From assembly GCF_009914755.1 (NCBI RefSeq), contig NC_060931.1: a stretch of DNA of 64,000 bases. One strand, written 5' to 3'. The notes below the pieces were generated by a model. The model was not told the DNA's origin. It was given only the letters and a program-made list of their open reading frames with translations, and ran no database searches. The DNA comes from the human T2T-CHM13v2.0 reference genome, Homo sapiens. Made by a program: the position numbers and the translations under genes. Positions 29,324 through 41,830 of this stretch are shown one piece after another. Position 1 is the first letter of the stretch; every line of letters begins with the position of its first letter.

Positions 29324-29552
29324 GAATGTTAACACTTCTTGCTCCTACCGTCTTACTCATTTCTTCCTTCGTCACTCATTCATTCAGTAAACATTGGATT
29401 TCTATTTCCTGCCTCCTCTAAGATTTTCTAGGCACTTGGACCTCAAAGATGAAGCTATTCTCACACGCACAGATTGTCAGGACTTTGAGGCTTTATGGGT
29501 GATGGGCCTTTACACATTGTACTGTCTCCATAAAGCCCCTCCTTAGCTTCCA

Positions 29553-29852
29553 TTTTTTTTTCTTTTGAGACAGAGTTCCACTCTTGTTGCCCAGGCTGGA
29601 GTGCAATGAATGGCACAGTCTCGGCTCACTGCAACCTTTGCCTCCTGGGTTCAAGCGATTCTCCCGCCTCAGCCTCCTGAGTAGCTGGGATTACAGGCAC
29701 ACACCAATACGCCCAGCTAATTTTTGTATTTTTGTAGACATGGGGTTTCACCATGTTGGCCAGGCTGGTCTCAGACTCCTGACCTCAGGTAATCCGCCCG
29801 CCTCAGCCTCCCAAAGTGCTGGGATTACAGGCATGAGCCACTGTGCCCAGCC
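29553..29852 (-). mobile_element. AluS (Sp/Sq-like)
   Basis: Reverse dimer; TSD AAGCCCCT..TTAG.TTC. Confidence 0.96.
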
Positions 29853-30878
29853 AAGCCCCTTTTTAGTTTCTGTGGGGACCCCTCATTCAGCCACAGACTT
29901 GCCCCTTCAATGGCCACTTCATTCTTCCATGTGCGTTTTTCCTTGTTCTCAAGTTGTCTCCTCAGCTTGAGTGTGAAAAACATTTCATGCTTTTTAGTAT
30001 CATCCTTAGGATAAGTCTCATATCTGTGCACTTTCATATTGATCAAAAAAATCACAAGAGGATAACTGAATGGACAACTATAAAACCTCCTGTTTCTCTA
30101 TTTCATGTCAGACAACCCTAGCTCCCTTAGCTTTGCTTCCAGCTCCTTTTTCCTGATGCTTTAATCATTGCTGTTCCTCTCTTAATGTGCATCATGCACA
30201 CTATAGTTCTCTAAAATCAGGCCACTTTAAGCCATCCACAGGATTTTATGGAATACTAATCAGTGTCATGTTCCACTCAACATGTGATCGGATTTTGAGA
30301 GCAGTGAACAGGGTGTCCTCTGAGGGCCTGGGGTAATACCCCCATTCTGAATCACAAAGGCCAGCCCCATGGGGTCAGAGGGTTGGCCTGGTTAGCCTTG
30401 TGGAGCCTGTGTTCTCCAAACAGACATTTAATTACTGTCCCCAATGAGTACCCTGATCACAATACTTATTGCTCCAATGGGGTCTGTGGGTGGGGATTGC
30501 AAAGGGGAAGGTTGCCCTGCTTAGCTCAAGGGGAGCATCTCCTGAGAAAGCTGATTCCGACAGAAGTGCAGTCAACTCAGCAAGCCTCTTCCTTCTGTCC
30601 TGTTCCTAAAACCATCTGCTCATTGCAGGAAGCGACTCCATTCCGTCAGCCATACTGATGGCATTAGGTTCTCCTAAAACATCTGGGTTTTCCTTGTGGG
30701 AGAAAATCCTGCAGTGAATTTAGATGTTGGTGGACCTCTAAGCAAGGGCCTCATTGAGTATAGGAGGGGAAATTATAAATGTCAAATTATAAGTGTGCAA
30801 ATTATACAAGTGCACCCCTGCTTGGCCTTGCAGGGCACCACTGGCCAGCTCCCCCCTCTCCAATTTTTCTTCTGTTGC

Positions 30879-31462
30879 CGTGATGGTGAATGTTAGTTGT
30901 CAACTTGATTGGATTGAAGGATGCCTAGATAGCTGGTAATGTGTGATTTCTGGGTGTGTCGGTGAGGGTGCTGCCAGAGGAGACTGACGTTTGAGTCAGT
31001 GGACTGGGAGAGGAAGACCCATCCTCAGTGTGGGTGGGCACCATCCCATCGGCTGCCAGTGCAGGCAGAACAAAGCAGGCAGAAGAAGGTAAGATAAGCT
31101 TACTCGCTGGTTCTTCTGGCTTCTTGCTTTATCCTGTGCTGGATGCTTCTTTCAGCTTCTCCTGCCCTTGGACATCAGACTCCCGGTTCCTCCGCCTTTG
31201 GACTCTGGCACTTATGCTAGTGGTTTGCCGGGGGCTCTCCAGCCTCTGGCCACAGTCTGAAGGCTGCATTGTCGGCTTCCCTGGTTTTGAGGCTTTTGGA
31301 CTTGGACTGAGCCACTACCGGCTTCTCTCTTCCCCAGCTTGCAGATGGCCTATGGTGGGACTTCACGTCGTGAGCATGTGAGACAATTCTCCCTAATAAG
31401 CTCCGTTTCATATACACATACATCCCACAGATCTGTCCCTCTGGAGATTCCTGACCAATACG
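30879..31462 (+). mobile_element. MLT2B-type ERVL solo LTR
   Basis: GTGATGGTGAAT...TGTCAACTTGATTGGATTGAAGGATGCC ... TCTGTCCCTCTGGAGA...CCTGACCAATAC; 5-bp TSD GTTGC. Confidence 0.92.
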
Positions 31463-32031
31463 GTTGCCCACCCTTCTTTGTCTCTTCTTTGCCACGTTCA
31501 CTTCTACGTGGCCTCACGGAACCCACGTGGCCTTGCCTTTCTGGAATCGCAGTCTCCTCCATGTGGAGATGCGTCACCTGTAGCTGATGGATAATCACTT
31601 GGAAATGCAGCTGCCCCGGACGGGAAGGGGTTGTGCATTTCTCATATTGTTTTTGGCTAGACCTTGAGAAATTTTGCTTCCTGGACAACTTAGTCATATT
31701 TTATGAAGATCCTTTGTCAGTGGCTAGAAAATTGGACATGTATGATATATGGCTGGGGAGGACTAATGGGCTCTTCCTTCAACACTCTGTCAAAGTGGGG
31801 CCAGTGCCCATGGTGGAACGTGCTTTAGTAAGATGAGAGAAGGTGTTTTCATGATTAACAAGGCATGGCATTCGTATTTCAAAGATCACATGACATATCA
31901 AAACAGTCTGCTACCGTGTATTTATTTGGTGGCATGGACATGGGACATGTGGTATTTTCTCAGGGACCCTTCGGCCCTGGACCTGTGCTGTGCAGGCATC
32001 TGCCTGTACACACTGCAGCTGTTAACCTGTG

Positions 32032-32365
32032 CATAACAAACAGCCAATGTAAGATCAGATTTGAGGCTGGGAGTGGTGGCACACCTCTGTGTGTGTGCTT
32101 ACATAACATACACTCAATGTAAGATCAGATTTGAGGCTGGGAGTGGTGGCACACCTCTATGTGTGTGCTTACGTAACAAACACTCAGTGTAAGATCAGGT
32201 TTGAGGCTGGGAGTCGTGGCATACCTCTGTGTGTGTGCCTACATAACAAACACTCAGTGTAAGATTAGGTTTGAGGCTGGGAGTGGTGGCACACCTCTGT
32301 GTGTGTGCTTACATAACAAACACTCAGTGTAAGATCAGGTTTGAGGCTGGGAGTGGTGGCACACG
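32032..32365 (+). repeat. 70-bp VNTR, ~4.8 copies
   Basis: Unit starts at 32032, 32102, 32172, 32242 and 32312: CATAACAAACACTCAGTGTAAGATCAGGTTTGAGGCTGGGAGTGGTGGCACACCTCTGTGTGTGTGCTTA. Confidence 0.97.
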
Positions 32366-32510
32366 CCTGCGGTCCCAGCTACTCCAGAGGCTGAGGTGGG
32401 AGGACGCTTAAGCTCAGGAGGTCAAGGCTGCACTGAGCCATGATTTCACCACTGCACTCCAGCCTGGGTGATAGAGTGAGACTCTGTCTAAAAAACAAAA
32501 CCAAAAAAAC
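32345..32510 (+). mobile_element. Free Alu monomer (FRAM/FAM-like)
   Basis: Single right-arm-type monomer with A tail; TSD TAAGATCAG(A/G)TTTGA / TAAGATCGAATTTGA. Confidence 0.88.
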
Positions 32511-32899
32511 ATAAGATCGAATTTGACTCGACCGTTTGTCCCTCTGACACGTAATCTAAGATGTCAGAAGTATTTGTGTCAAAGAAGGCAAGTGGGAGAG
32601 ACCGGGCCTGAGGTGATGCTGTGTTCCTTCTTTGATGACATCATTAACGAGGAGAGGGATGGCCAAAAGAATCCAAAATGAAAAGTGTGCTGATAACAGA
32701 ACCAATCACAGGCACAACTAGCCTGGGATTCCAGGCCTGCCGAGGCTGCTCACTGCGGAGCCTGTGTCTGATTCTGTGTGACCAGAGCCTTGGCTGCAAA
32801 TAACGACCAGCCTTTCCTCATCACCCACCAGCAGGCACCCACCACAGCCCTGTTTGAGGTCCTTTGAACTCACAGTTTTAGAAAAGGTCAGTAGTCAGG

Positions 32900-33262
32900 T
32901 GATATGGTTTAGCTGTGTGCCCACCCAAATCTCATCTGAATTGTAGCTCCCATAATTCCCAAGTGTCCTGGGAGGGACACAGTGGGAGGTAATCGATTCA
33001 TGAGGGTGGGTCTTTCCTGTGCTGTTCTCATGAGAATGAATAGGGCTTACAAGAGCTGATGGTTTATAAAGGGGAGTTCCCCTGCACTTGCTGTCTTTGT
33101 CTGCTGCCGTGGAAGACGTGCCTTTACTTCTCCTTTGCCTTCTGCCGTGATTGTGAGGCCTCCCCAGCCATGTGGAACTGTGAGTCCATTAAACCTCTTT
33201 CCTTTATAAATTACCCAGTCTTGGGTATGTCTTTATTAGCAGCATGAGAACAGACTGATGCA
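32900..33262 (+). mobile_element. THE1-family MaLR solo LTR
   Basis: TGATATGGTTTAGCTGTGTGCCCACCCAAATCTC ... AGACTGATGCA; 5-bp TSD TCAGG. Confidence 0.95.
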
Positions 33263-33789
33263 TCAGGATAAGTCCACATTGCAGGCTCTTCAGGGCATGG
33301 CCCCGACTCGCTTTCCCATCTCACTTTTGGCCTGTCCCTCATGTGTACCCTGGGCCCAGCTGTGACCTATGGAACGGTATAACTCCCCTGAATACACTGT
33401 GCTCCCACAGATTATGTGCCTGCCCACTCCATCTCCACAGCCCCCATGGAGAGGAGAGAAAGGGGTGGCAGACTCTGCCTATGCGCCCTTGTTTCTTACT
33501 CAGAGATAAAAGTTCATTCAGAAAACATCTTGAGTTCCCCCAGGCTCCGTTACTTCCTTCTTTGCTCCCATAGCATTACCTGGTGAAAAGTGCTTCTGTT
33601 GCAAAACTTATGTTCATGTGTCTGCCTCACTTCTCCATGAGGGGCTCAGTTTCTTAAGAGGAGGAACAGAAAGGCTAGGTCTGGTCTCTGCATCTCCAAC
33701 CGCTAGGCCAGGCGTTATATCCTTGGTGCGTGTTTATAGAATGTGATGGTAGACATGGAGTGTGGTGGGGTGAGCAGAGCAGATGTGAT

Positions 33790-34277
33790 TGACATTCTGG
33801 TGAAAAGGCTGAGCAAACACAGGACCCACTGCTCTGTCCCTGCACTGGGCTGCGTGCTGGAGATTCAGTGGCCACTCATGCTGCTGCTGTGTTCTTGTGG
33901 AGGTAAGAGGCAGTGGGTAGAGGAGCAACAGGTGATATGTGAATGCTCCTGACTTTGTAGGAAATGGGAAAGGGGCTGATGGGTGGGGGTGCACGTGGGT
34001 GAAGGAGGTCTGGGAAGGTGTCTCTCCTGAGAAGGCAGCAGCTGGTCTGGGAATGAAGGGTGCGATGGAGCTCACTGACAACCCAGGCACAGGTGAGAGC
34101 AGGTGCACAGTCCCTGGAGAGAAAAGAGGCTGAAAGGCTGGAGGAAAAGTTGAGACCCATGTGGGGAGGGACGGATGAAGGTTCAGATCAGGGGCCTCCG
34201 GAAGTGAGGGAAGGAGCAACGCACTGACGCTGAGTGCTTTCAAGCAGGGGAGTGCAGAGAATGGATTTCACCTTGAA
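33790..34277 (-). mobile_element. L2 fragment
   Basis: Degenerate: GGTGCACAGTCCCTGGAG, TTTCAAGCAGGGGAGTG...GGATTTCACCTTGAAAAG. Confidence 0.45.
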
Positions 34278-34290
34278 AAGTGAATGTGGA

Positions 34291-35087
34291 CCATAACAAG
34301 TGTTGGCGAGGATATGGAGAGAAGGGAACCCTCACACAGTGTTAGAGGGAATGTGAGTTTTACAGCCATATGGAAAATAGTGTGGAGGTTCCTTAAAAAA
34401 AAAATCCAAAATAGAATTACTGGATGATCCAGCAATCCCACTTCTGGGTTTAGAACCAAAGGAACTGAAATCAGCTTGTCAAAGAGACATCTGCACTCCC
34501 ATGCTCACTGCAGCACTGTTCTGGATGGCCAGGATATGGAAACATTCCCTGTGCTCATCCACAGATGAATGGATAAGAAACGTGTGGTGTATGTACACAA
34601 TGGAATACTATGCAGCCTTAAAAAAGCAGGAGAGTCTGTCAATTGTGACAACATGAATGAACCTGGAGGACATTGTGTTAAATGAAATAAGCCAGGCACA
34701 GAAAGACAAATACCACATTATGTCACTTGTGTAGAATCTTAAAAAGTCAAAATTACAGAGGCAGAGACTAGCTCAGGGATGGTTGGGGGTGGGTTGGGGA
34801 GATGTTGGTACAAGGATATAAAATTTCATTGGACAGGAGGCATAAGTTTTTGAGATCAATTGCACAACATGGTGACTATATTTAATAATGTAAAGTATGT
34901 TTCAGAAATTGCTGAGAGTAGATTTTAAATATTTGTACCACACACCCACAAACATAAGTCTGTGAGGTGATATATATGTTAACTAGCTTGATATAAGCAT
35001 TCCATATGTGTATATGTATATCAAAACATCATAATGGACCCCATGAATATATGTAATTATTATTTGTCAGTTTTAAACATTTTTTTT
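34291..35087 (+). mobile_element. L1MA-type 3' fragment
   Basis: ATAACAAGTGTTGGCGAGGAT...; L1MA 3'UTR; TSD AAGTGAATGTGGA / AAATGAACATGGA. Confidence 0.92.
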
Positions 35088-35480
35088 AAATGAACATGGA
35101 GGTTGGGGAACCTTACCAGGGTTCTTTTGGTCTCCGCCTTGCCTGGGGCCCAGAAGTGCTGGTGAGGGGTTGCTCCCTACTCTGGAGCTCTGGATGCTGA
35201 TCAGAGACCCTCCATGCCTGGTGACATCTCAGACTCAGTGAACAGCCTCAGGGGCCCTTCACAAAACTGGGCTGTCAGGGCCACCTGGAGCTCAGAGTGG
35301 TAATTTGGTTCCATTTGAACTTCAATTTTCGTTGCTTTGAAATCTCATTCAGTTGAATTTAATAACAAATAAATAATTCATGGGGACTGGACAATGAAAG
35401 GAAAATTTAAAAATGTGTTCACCCAAATATATAAAGGGGCACCTTGTCCCTCAGCCCTGTTCTCTACCTTCTTTTCTCAG

Positions 35481-35588
35481 CTGGCTTCTGGGCAGATTCA
35501 TGGCGCCAAAGGATGATGCGTTAACTCTCTCAGGGTGCTGAGGGTTCTCTCATCATGAGACTTCTGTGGGTTAGGGACTGGGCAAGAG
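35481..35588 (+). other. Candidate non-coding exon
   Basis: Acceptor TTCTCTACCTTCTTTTCTCAG|, donor GAG|GTGAGC; stop codons in all three frames. Confidence 0.25.
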
Positions 35589-36309
35589 GTGAGCAAGTAT
35601 CCCACCTCTGGCAGGCCAGCCTCTCAGCCACCAATTTGCTAAGTGGCCCACCGGTCATCTCTGAGCCTTGTTTCCTTGCTTGTAAAATGCAGAAATCTTT
35701 AGTAAACCAATTGATGTAGGCAAATGTCATGAATGGATACACAGTCATCTCAGGGAATTTACATGGTGTTAAAGTATCACTCCAGGGATCATCTGCTGGT
35801 TGCAAGGGGAGAAATGTGACTTTATCCTGGAGAACACCGATGCTCTCCACCTTATCAATTCCTGCATCCCTAACACTGGGACAAGCAGATATCCTTCCAT
35901 GCCCCATGCGGTGCCTAGCATCACCTGTGAGGTAATGCCACAAACTTGTGAGCTGAACTTAATCAAGCTCTTAGGTCTAACTTTCAGTGCGTAACAAACA
36001 CAGGCTGCAGAGCATCCAGCTAATGCACACCAGGAGGAAACAGCCAGACAAATCCAGAAGGTGGAAACGTGGAGGCAACAACTCACCCATTCCTTCCAGC
36101 AAGCCAGCAATGTGTGGTGGGCTGGGGAGCCACTGGGGCGGACAGGTTCTAAGTTGAAATATACGTTACCACCAACCAAGGGCAATTCCTGGGCCTCGGC
36201 TAAATCCTTACCTATACAAACCAGCTATACCAGTCACTTTAGAGTAATTGGGGAAGTTATTACATGAGATTAGAAAATTGTATTCATTTTTTAAGTGTGA
36301 AAATGTTCT

Positions 36310-36405
36310 TTTTCCTTTTTAAAAAAGCTTCTGTTTTAGGTTCAGTGGCACATATGCAGGTTTGTTACATAGAGAAGCTTATGTCATGGGGGTTTGTTGA
36401 ACAGA
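36310..36405 (-). mobile_element. Very short L1PA (old) 3'-end fragment
   Basis: TTTTAGGTTCAG...ACATATGCAGGTTTGTTACATAG...GTCATGGGGGTTTG. Confidence 0.75.
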
Positions 36406-36636
36406 CTCTTCTTAATTATACAGGAAAACGTCTAGAGCTTGTGGTCTCTCTTCTTTAGCGTTGCTTACTGAGATTTTTTAAAAAGATGCATCCTGAATGA
36501 TTTCGAGGCATAATGTTTTGGTACCTGTATGCAATTGAAATAATTTTTAAAATAGATATGGAGTAAATATGAAAACTAACAATTTTCAAAATTTTAATGA
36601 GGAGCATATGAAAATTATACTCTAGTATGCTGTTAC

Positions 36637-36955
<319 letters not shown>

Positions 36956-38669
36956 GCTGTTAATTTTCTAATCTTTAAAAATAATAATAGTTTTTTTAAA
37001 AAGCTGCTCACAAATATTTTATTGATGATGTGTGCATTTTTTTTTCCTCTGGTAGGACATAATTCTCCCTGAGAAGGGGAAAGACAGTAAGAATTTTGTG
37101 AGTTGCATAATAGTCCATTGATTACCCTTTGTCCCCCAGTGGAGGGCACTAAACCCCTGAAGAAGCAGGCCCCTGTGTGGGCGTGTTATGATTGTAGAAC
37201 AAGGAGAGGGGACCCTCCAGTACTCAGTGTCTTTAGTGGGTGGGGCGGGGGCTTCAAGGCAGTAGCCTCAGATACCTGCGGGGCCCATGCAGGGAACCCT
37301 AATTGGGGTGCAGGGTGGGGGAGCAACAGAATGCAAAATAGCTCTTAGTACCTTACCTAAATATTGGTTGCTAGATTTTTTCATTGACTGGAAGCTTTCA
37401 TTTGGCTCTGGATAGAAGTGTGGGCAGTCACACAAGTCAAGGTAAGAGGGGTGGAAACTGGTTTTTGCTGGTGCTTCCTAACATTTGTCAACTGTGGCTT
37501 TCAGGCTACCAATGGGTGGGGAGTTTTGTGCGAGAAAATGGACCACATTTGCATCCTGGTGTTCTCCAAATGATGTTAAATGCAGAAACATTCAATGCAA
37601 TGAGTTTGTTCAATTCCATCCAACTAAAAATTGTGTTTGTGCTATTAGTGCCTACCCTCTGATCAGTCTTGTACTAGGTAGGAAACATGGTGCTTACCCT
37701 TTACTAAGGAGTTGTGTTACATGAAACAGAAAACACTATGACTGAATCAAAAAGAAGCATCACTCTGCTTGGGTAGTCAGGGAAGAATCTTGATTTCCCC
37801 TGGAATCTGGTACTTACCTCGCGGTGAATATACAATAACAGCCAGAGTTTTAAAATAGACAAGAAGGACAGAAATCAGAGAGAAAAACACAGACACATCA
37901 GACCCCTTATCATAAGGTACAAACAATAGAGCAGAAGGGAGACCACAAACTTCCATTCTTTATGGGATGAGCGAGAAAGGGGATGGAGGCTTTGGCAATG
38001 TTGAATGGGTTTTCCACAGGAACAGCCAGCCCCAACTGATGTGTAGTGATTTCCTAGGAAGTTTGCAAACCTCATCCCACCAAGAGGAAATGGGTCGGGA
38101 GTTCTCCATCATCTGGAGGTCACAGAGCAGACAGACCATGGCCCAGGACAAGATCTAGAAGTTGTTATTTTATTCAAAGTCAGAAAACCTTCCAGGGTCT
38201 GGGGATCAGTGTCTGGATAGAAGAGAAAATACAAGAGAAAGCAAGAGGTTAATGTGGGCTGAAGGCTTAGAATGAGCAGTTTTAGGATAAAGGATAGTTA
38301 GGAAAGGATGGGGGATGGAGAGGAGGGTGCATGTAAGGCAGGACAAACCAAAGAGAAAGACCTGAATGTATCTGCTGTGTCTGTGGGACATAGGGAGGTT
38401 CTGTTCATTCTGAATGGGGGCTTCGAGCTCAAGCCTAAAAATCCATCCTTTCAAATAGGTACAGAAAGAAGGGCTTTGACAAGTACCATGGGCTGTGCTT
38501 GATTGAAAGGACAGACACATTCAGTTTTTGTTATTTGTGATTATTGTCAGCTCCATCATTGATGGCACTGTGCATTTTTTGAAGTAGGTCTCTCCCATCA
38601 AACTGCCAGGATTCCAGTGATCAGAGAGCAGGTCTTCAGTAGCACAGGCTGGATTGGGTGGTGCCCACT

Positions 38670-38840
38670 CCCGGCTTGACCACTTAGCTCTGTGGTGCCT
38701 TGGTATCCTCATCTGTAACGTGGGGATAATAATGGTGTCTGTCTCATAAGAATGTTTTGAGAAACAAATGAGAAAACCCAAGTCAAGCTCTTCTAGAAGT
38801 GCATGGCAGATAGTAAACAGTCAATCAACATTATCAGTCC
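38670..38840 (+). mobile_element. MIR
   Basis: CACTTAGCTCTGTGGTGCCTTGGTATCCTCATCTGTAACGTGGGGATAATAAT core. Confidence 0.8.
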
Positions 38841-38982
38841 TATCACCGGTGTGGGTACTGTTGAGATACCTGTGAGAGTAAATCATGATTTATGCCAATG
38901 GTTAATGGAAAATATTTATTTTAGTTATTTTCTTATCTGGGTAGTGCCAGATGGGATAATAAAAATGAAAACAGGCAGGGTT

Positions 38983-38984
<2 letters not shown>

Positions 38985-39026
<42 letters not shown>
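38985..39026. repeat. (GT)n microsatellite (~20 units)
   Basis: Perfect dinucleotide run. Confidence 0.98.
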
Positions 39027-39027
<1 letters not shown>

Positions 39028-39714
39028 GCTTTGTTTGCAAGCATGATTTAGTTGAAATTAGATGTCTCTTCTGATCTATAATCTCTTTGTCTTCAGACTG
39101 AAACCTGAAATCCCATCTGAATATGGCTGAAGCAAATCTGCACACAGTGTCTTGATGGGAGGATATGACTAACTCTTAGATTGGAATTGTGTTGGTGCGT
39201 AGGCAGGTTCTATTATTAGGGGTAATGTTACCACATTATTAAAATATTTTTAGGCATAAGACAGGATTCTTTCCTTCACAGATAAATGGTGAAACACACA
39301 TATTCCTAATTTTTAAATTTTGATCAAAATTTTATTAAGGCCAAAATGGGCAGAGACTGGGTAACAGAAGCCATATTTTCCAATTTGCCCTCCTTTACTC
39401 TCCCAGATTCTCCTTGCATGTTGGCTGGAGTGGATCACGAAGGGTAGGAAGCTGAGAAAGGTGGAATAATTGGAATGTTCTGCAACTCTGAAGCCAAACA
39501 AACTTAGGTTTTGGATGACGTGGACAGTGGATATCATATCACCTGTTATGGTGAAACCATCACCAATACTTACTTTACAATTCCCATCACACACCCCAGT
39601 GACTTTCTGTGAAAGAGAGATCAGATATCTACTGTATTTAGATCAACTATTACATTATCAACAGTGGAGGAATAAGGAAATCTAGGATGCTGTTTAGTAG
39701 CAAGGAATGCATCA

Positions 39715-40048
<334 letters not shown>

Positions 40049-40104
40049 CTAAATAAAACAGGGAAAAAAACATAACTAAACATAACTACAAACTTTCTTT
40101 TCTT

Positions 40105-40762
40105 TCTTTTTTTTGTGATAAGAACACTTAACATGAGATCTACCCTCTCCATAAATGTTTAAGTCTTGTTAACTGAAAGCACAATAGGATACAGCAAATA
40201 TCTAGAACTTATTTCATTTTGCACAACTGAAACTTTGTACCCATGGAACGCCTCCCATTTCCCCTTCTCCCAAGCCCCTGGCAAGCACCTCTCTACTCTC
40301 TGTACAAGTCTGCCTGCTTTAGGAAGTGGAACCATGTAGGGTTTATCCTTCTGTGGTTGGTTCATTTCACTTACCATAACATCCTGTAGGTTCAGTCATG
40401 TTTTTGCATATGGCAGGATTTTCTGCTGTATTAAGGCTAAATAATACTTGATGGTATATATGTGCCACATTTTCTTTATCCATTCGTCTGTCAATGAGCA
40501 TTTAGATGGTTTCCACATTTGGGCTATTATGAATAATGCTGCAATGAACATGGAAGTGCAGATAGTTCTTTGAGGTCCTGATTTTAATTATTTTGGATAC
40601 GTACCTGGAAATGAGATTGTTGGATTATATGGTGGTTCTATTTTTAGTGTTTTCAGGAAGCCTCATACTGTATTCCAAAGTGGCTATACCATTTTGCATT
40701 CCCCCCAACAATGTACAAGGATTCTGATTTCTACACATCCTTGTCAACATTTGTTTTCCTAC

Positions 40763-40795
<33 letters not shown>

Positions 40796-41435
40796 TACAC
40801 ACAACACACACACCTACATACATATAGATATATAATAGCAACCCTCATAGGTGTGAGGTGATACCTCTTTGTGGTTTTGATTTCATTTCCCTGATGGTTA
40901 ATGATGTTGAACATCTTTTTATGTGCCTGTTGGCCATTTGCATGTTTTAGTTGAAGAAATGCCTTTTCAAGATTTTTGCTTTTGTTTCTTGTGCTTTTGG
41001 TGTCATATCCAAGAAGTCATTGCCTGGGCCAATGTCATGAAGCATTTCCCCCATGCCTTCTTTTGGGAGTTTTACAATGTCAGGTATTATGTTTAAGTCT
41101 TTAATACATTTTGAGTCGTTTTTTATGTACAGCATAAGATAAGAGTTCAGTTCTCTTGTATGGATATCCAGTTTTCCCAGCACCATTTTTGGAAGAGACT
41201 GTTATTTTCCCATCATGTATTATTGGCACTAACTATAATGGTGAAAAGTTAAACGCTTTTCCTTTAAGATCAGGAACAAGACAAGGACGCCCACAGTCAC
41301 TGCTTCTATTCAGCATAGTAGTGGAAGTCCTTGCCAGGGCAATTAGGCAAGAGAAAGAAACTAAAGGCATCTAAATGAGAAAAAGATAAAATTATCTCTA
41401 TTTGCGGATGACATGATCTTATGTGTAGACAACCC
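40105..41435 (-). mobile_element. L1MA9/L1MB-type LINE-1 with inverted 5' segment
   Basis: Minus-strand 3' end and ORF2 at 40105-~41230; plus-strand RT piece ~41231-41435 ([17 protein letters not shown]...FADDMI); TSD AAACTTTCTT(T/A)TCTT at 40090-40104 and 41436-41450. Confidence 0.88.
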
Positions 41436-41639
41436 AAACTTTCTTATCTTCACAGAATATTTTGCAAGAGTTGAGCTCCTAGAAAATGAGCTTAGATCAT
41501 TTCTCCCCTCTGGCCAGTAACAAGATGCTCCTACACTGAGCTTCATTTAGCACAGCCCTGGACACACCACCAGGCACTCAGCAAACATCAGACAATTTCC
41601 AGTTCAATGGAAAATTCTCAGTTATCCATGGCAGAATCA

Positions 41640-41830
41640 TGGCCCTGTCATGCACTGGCTGAGTTTGCTTGAGGAAGCTGCTTAAGCTTTCTGACTCTTG
41701 GTTTTGTTATCTGCAAAAGGGGAATAGCAGTGTCTATACCACAGGGATAATATGAAGGCTAAATGAGATCCTGTAAAGCAATCTTTCCAAGTCCTGAGCT
41801 TGACACAATAATAAAAACTAACCTTTATTT
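41640..41830 (+). mobile_element. MIR
   Basis: GCTTAAGCTTTCTGA...TTATCTGCAAAAGGGGAATAGCAGT...AAATGAGAT. Confidence 0.7.

Noticed and set aside
32032-32365. CRISPR-like regular spacing
   Set aside because: Whole units repeat with no unique spacers; eukaryotic DNA with no cas genes; an ordinary VNTR
41156-41435. Reverse transcriptase coding sequence
   Set aside because: Decayed ~200-bp L1 ORF2 fragment with stops/frameshifts; not an active gene
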